DNA from: an uncultured Deinococcales bacterium
Lineage (GTDB): Bacteria > Deinococcota > Deinococci > Deinococcales > JAAFIG01
Assembly (NCBI GenBank): GCA_964247135.1
Contig: CAXTTL010000113.1
Span: forward strand, 1 to 15,477
Direction: 5' to 3'
DNA length: 15,477 bases
Positions within the stretch are counted from its first letter, which is position 1; every line of letters starts with the position of its first letter. The translations under genes and the position numbers were made by a program. The notes beneath the pieces are model-generated. The model searched no databases. It saw nothing but the letters and a program-made list of their open reading frames with translations, and was not told the origin of the DNA. Shown in pieces: positions 12,782-15,477 of the stretch.

Positions 12782-15477
12782 ATGCCGCAACCCAGCCAGT
12801 ATCCATTTATGCCCAAAAAACAAGGGCTTTACGATCCGCAATATGAACACGATGCTTGCGGTATCGGTTTTGTCGCCAACATCCTCGGCGAAAAGTCGCA
12901 CTCAATCGTGCGCGATGGCGTGGCAATTCTTAACAATTTGACCCACCGTGGCGCTCGAGGTGCAGAGGAAAACACGGGCGACGGCGCGGGTATTTTGGTG
13001 CAGATTCCGCACGCGTTTTTGCAAAAGAAAGTGGCGCGGCGCGGTTTTGTGCTGCCAGAACCAGGGCAGTACGGCGTAGGCGTGATTTACATGCCGCCGG
13101 ACGCCACGCACCGTCGGGCGCTCGAGATTGAGTTTGCCAACATTGTCGCCGCCGAGGGGCAGAAGGTCTTGGGCTGGCGTTCAGTGCCGGTGAAAAATGC
13201 GGCGCTGGGCGACACTGCCAAGCGCGGCGAACCAAAAATGCGGCTTGTCTTTATTGCCAGAAACTCGAGCATCACGGATGACATGGCGTTCGAGCGCAAA
13301 CTGTACGTGATTCGCAAACGCGCCGAAAACGAACTTCATTACAGCGCCCAGTTCGTGGGTGGCGAGTATTTTTACGTGCCGAGTTTGTCGTACAAAACCA
13401 TGATTTACAAGGGCATGTTCGTCTCTGACCAGTTGGACGCGTACTTCCCAGACCTTGCCGACCCCGATTTTGTCAGCGCCATCGCCCTGGTTCACTCGAG
13501 GTTCAGCACCAACACCTTCCCGAACTGGGAACGCGCCCACCCGTACCGTTACATCATCCACAACGGCGAGATCAACACCTTGCGCGGCAATGTCAATTGG
13601 TTGCGGGCGCAAGAAGAAATGTTTGAATCCGAATTGTTCGGCGCGGACATCAAAAAGGTTTTGCCAATCATTCAACCCGACGGCAGCGATACCGCCATGT
13701 TCGACAACACCCTCGAGTTTCTGGTGATGGCGGGGCGTTCACTGCCACACGCCCTCATGATGATGATTCCTGAACCGTGGTCAAACCACCAGACCATGAA
13801 CGACGACAAAAAAGCCTTTTACGAATACCACGCCAATTTAATGGAACCCTGGGATGGACCCGCCGCGATTGGTTTCTCGGACGGCATTGTGATTGGTGCG
13901 CTGCTGGATCGCAACGGTTTGCGCCCAGCCCGTTACTGCGTGACCAAAGACAACAAAGTCGTGCTCTCGAGCGAGGTCGGTGTGCTGCCAATAGCCCCAG
14001 AAAACATTGCCTACAACGGGCGGCTCGAGCCTGGGAAGATGTTCTTGGTGGACACTGCGCAAGGGCGAATCATCAGCGATGAAGAGTTGAAAACGCAAAT
14101 CACCACCGCGCAACCGTACCGCGACTGGCTTAACAAATACCAAGTTCGTCTGGCGGATTTGCCACCAGCCCCAGCCGATAAAGTCCCGCACCTCGAGTCT
14201 GACACGATTTTCCAGCGTCAGGAGGTGTTCGGTTACACCGACGAGGACTTGCGGGTGATCCTTGGACCGATGGCGGAAAATGGCATTGAACCGATTGGTT
14301 CGATGGGCAACGATGCAGCGTTGGCGGTGCTCTCGAACAAACCCAAGTTGCTATATAACTATTTCAAACAGCTTTTTGCCCAAGTCACCAATCCACCGAT
14401 TGATGCCATCCGCGAGGAGATCGTGATTGCCACCGAAGTCATGGTCGGCGCGGAAAGCAATTTGCTGAAACCCACCGCGCAAAGCTGCCATCAGATTCGG
14501 CTCGATTACCCGATTCTGACCAACGAAGAGCTGGCGCAGATTCGTCACAGCCGCATTCCAGGTTTTGTCACGGCGACGCTGCCAATACTGTTCAAAGCCG
14601 ATTCTGGCGGTGCGGGATTGCTGCAAGGTTTGGATGAATTGTTCCAAGCCGCCGACAACGCCATCGCTCGAGGCATGAACATGTTAATTCTCAGCGACCG
14701 AGGCGTGACTGCCGAGCAAAGCCCAATTCCGGCGCTGCTGGCGGTGGCGGGTTTGCATCATCACCTTGTACGTCAAGGCACACGCACCAAAATCGGTTTG
14801 ATCCTCGAGAGTGGCGAACCTCGAGAGGTGCATCATTTTGCCGCGTTGATTGGGTACGGCGCGACCGCCATCAACCCGTATTTGTCGTTTGAGTCGATTG
14901 AAAACATGATCGACCAGGGTGTGCTGCTGGGCATTGAGCACAAAAAAGCCATTAAAAATTACGTCAAAGCCGCCATCAAAGGCATTGTCAAAACCACCTC
15001 GAAGATGGGCATTTCGACCATCCAAAGCTATTGCGGCGCACAAATTTTTGAAGCGCTCGGCATCCACCAAACCGTGGTGGATCGGTACTTCACAGGCACG
15101 CCCTCGAGAATCGGCGGCATCGACCTCGAGATTATTGCGCTCGAGGCGAGTATGCGGCACAGGCAAGGTTTCCCGCACCGTCCGACCAACAGCACGACCC
15201 TGCCGATTGGCGGCGAATACCAGTGGCGCTCGGAGGGCGAATACCATCAGTTCAACCCGCAAACCATTCACACCCTGCAAAAAGCTTGCCGCAACAACGA
15301 CTTTGGCGTGTTCAAACAATATTCCAAACTCATTGACGACCAGAGCAGCAAGATGGGCACGCTGCGCGGTTTGTTTGAACTCAAACTCGAGGCAACCGCA
15401 ATTCCGCTCGAGGAAGTCGAATCGGTTGAAGCGATTTGCAAGCGCTTCAAGACGGGCGCGATGAGTTACGGCTCGAT
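12782..15477 (+). CDS. gltB: Glutamate synthase large subunit (3'-truncated by window edge; absent from the ORF track)
   Basis: Hand translation gives MPQPSQYPFMPKKQGLYDPQYEHDACGIGFVA (Ntn Cys at 12857-12859), HRGA, GDGAG, HSRFSTNT, HNGEINT, EPWDGPA, FAQVTNPPID and, in the same frame, RFKTGAMSYGS at the window end. GGAG at 12769-12772. Confidence 0.97.
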   Translation, partial: MPQPSQYPFMPKKQGLYDPQYEHDACGIGFVANILGEKSHSIVRDGVAILNNLTHRGARGAEENTGDGAGILVQIPHAFLQKKVARRGFVLPEPGQYGVGVIYMPPDATHRRALEIEFANIVAAEGQKVLGWRSVPVKNAALGDTAKRGEPKMRLVFIARNSSITDDMAFERKLYVIRKRAENELHYSAQFVGGEYFYVPSLSYKTMIYKGMFVSDQLDAYFPDLADPDFVSAIALVHSRFSTNTFPNWERAHPYRYIIHNGEINTLRGNVNWLRAQEEMFESELFGADIKKVLPIIQPDGSDTAMFDNTLEFLVMAGRSLPHALMMMIPEPWSNHQTMNDDKKAFYEYHANLMEPWDGPAAIGFSDGIVIGALLDRNGLRPARYCVTKDNKVVLSSEVGVLPIAPENIAYNGRLEPGKMFLVDTAQGRIISDEELKTQITTAQPYRDWLNKYQVRLADLPPAPADKVPHLESDTIFQRQEVFGYTDEDLRVILGPMAENGIEPIGSMGNDAALAVLSNKPKLLYNYFKQLFAQVTNPPIDAIREEIVIATEVMVGAESNLLKPTAQSCHQIRLDYPILTNEELAQIRHSRIPGFVTATLPILFKADSGGAGLLQGLDELFQAADNAIARGMNMLILSDRGVTAEQSPIPALLAVAGLHHHLVRQGTRTKIGLILESGEPREVHHFAALIGYGATAINPYLSFESIENMIDQGVLLGIEHKKAIKNYVKAAIKGIVKTTSKMGISTIQSYCGAQIFEALGIHQTVVDRYFTGTPSRIGGIDLEIIALEASMRHRQGFPHRPTNSTTLPIGGEYQWRSEGEYHQFNPQTIHTLQKACRNNDFGVFKQYSKLIDDQSSKMGTLRGLFELKLEATAIPLEEVESVEAICKRFKTGAMSYGS

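Larger units (their letters stand above)
95..15412. repeat. Highly iterated dispersed palindrome CTCGAG (XhoI/PaeR7I recognition sequence), about 112 copies
   Basis: Hand count of about 112 exact copies, first at 95-100 and last at 15407-15412, in coding and intergenic DNA with variable flanks. Expectation from base composition is about 4-5. Confidence 0.95.

Noticed and set aside
95-15412. CTCGAG copies as a CRISPR/tandem array or as cloning scars
   Set aside because: Spacing is irregular, flanks are not conserved and reading frames run intact through the sites.
12902-15464. Track ORFs in the last 2.6 kb (e.g. 14684-15319 -, 14919-15464 +)
   Set aside because: All are alternative frames of gltB, which is continuous from 12782 to the window end.

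Overview
Chromosomal, gene-dense bacterial window, roughly mid-50s % GC by eye. It is most likely Deinococcota, judging from an adjacent DUF3248/DUF3809-like pair, a Deinococcus-type Jag N-terminus and several leaderless TANNNT-N6-ATG gene starts. Gene order: 3' part of endonuclease III (+); Gfo/Idh/MocA oxidoreductase (-); 70-aa hypothetical protein (+); 654-aa secreted multi-domain protein (-); DUF3809 and DUF3248 (-); a five-gene minus-strand cluster; Jag/KhpB (-); a second Gfo/Idh/MocA oxidoreductase (-); and the 5' ~898 codons of gltB (+), which the ORF track omits because it runs off the window. The five-gene cluster encodes an LIV-type binding protein, a cyclase-family hydrolase, a FluG/NodGS-type glutamine-synthetase-like ligase, a SAM methyltransferase and a FluG/NodGS-type amidohydrolase. 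The most striking signal is at DNA level: the palindrome CTCGAG occurs about 112 times by hand count (about 1 per 140 bp, versus about 4-5 expected from composition). It falls in all three codon phases and is built into intergenic hairpins, resembling the highly iterated palindrome (HIP1) of cyanobacteria. No rRNA, tRNA, CRISPR array or transposase was recognised. All family calls come from motif recognition, not database searches.
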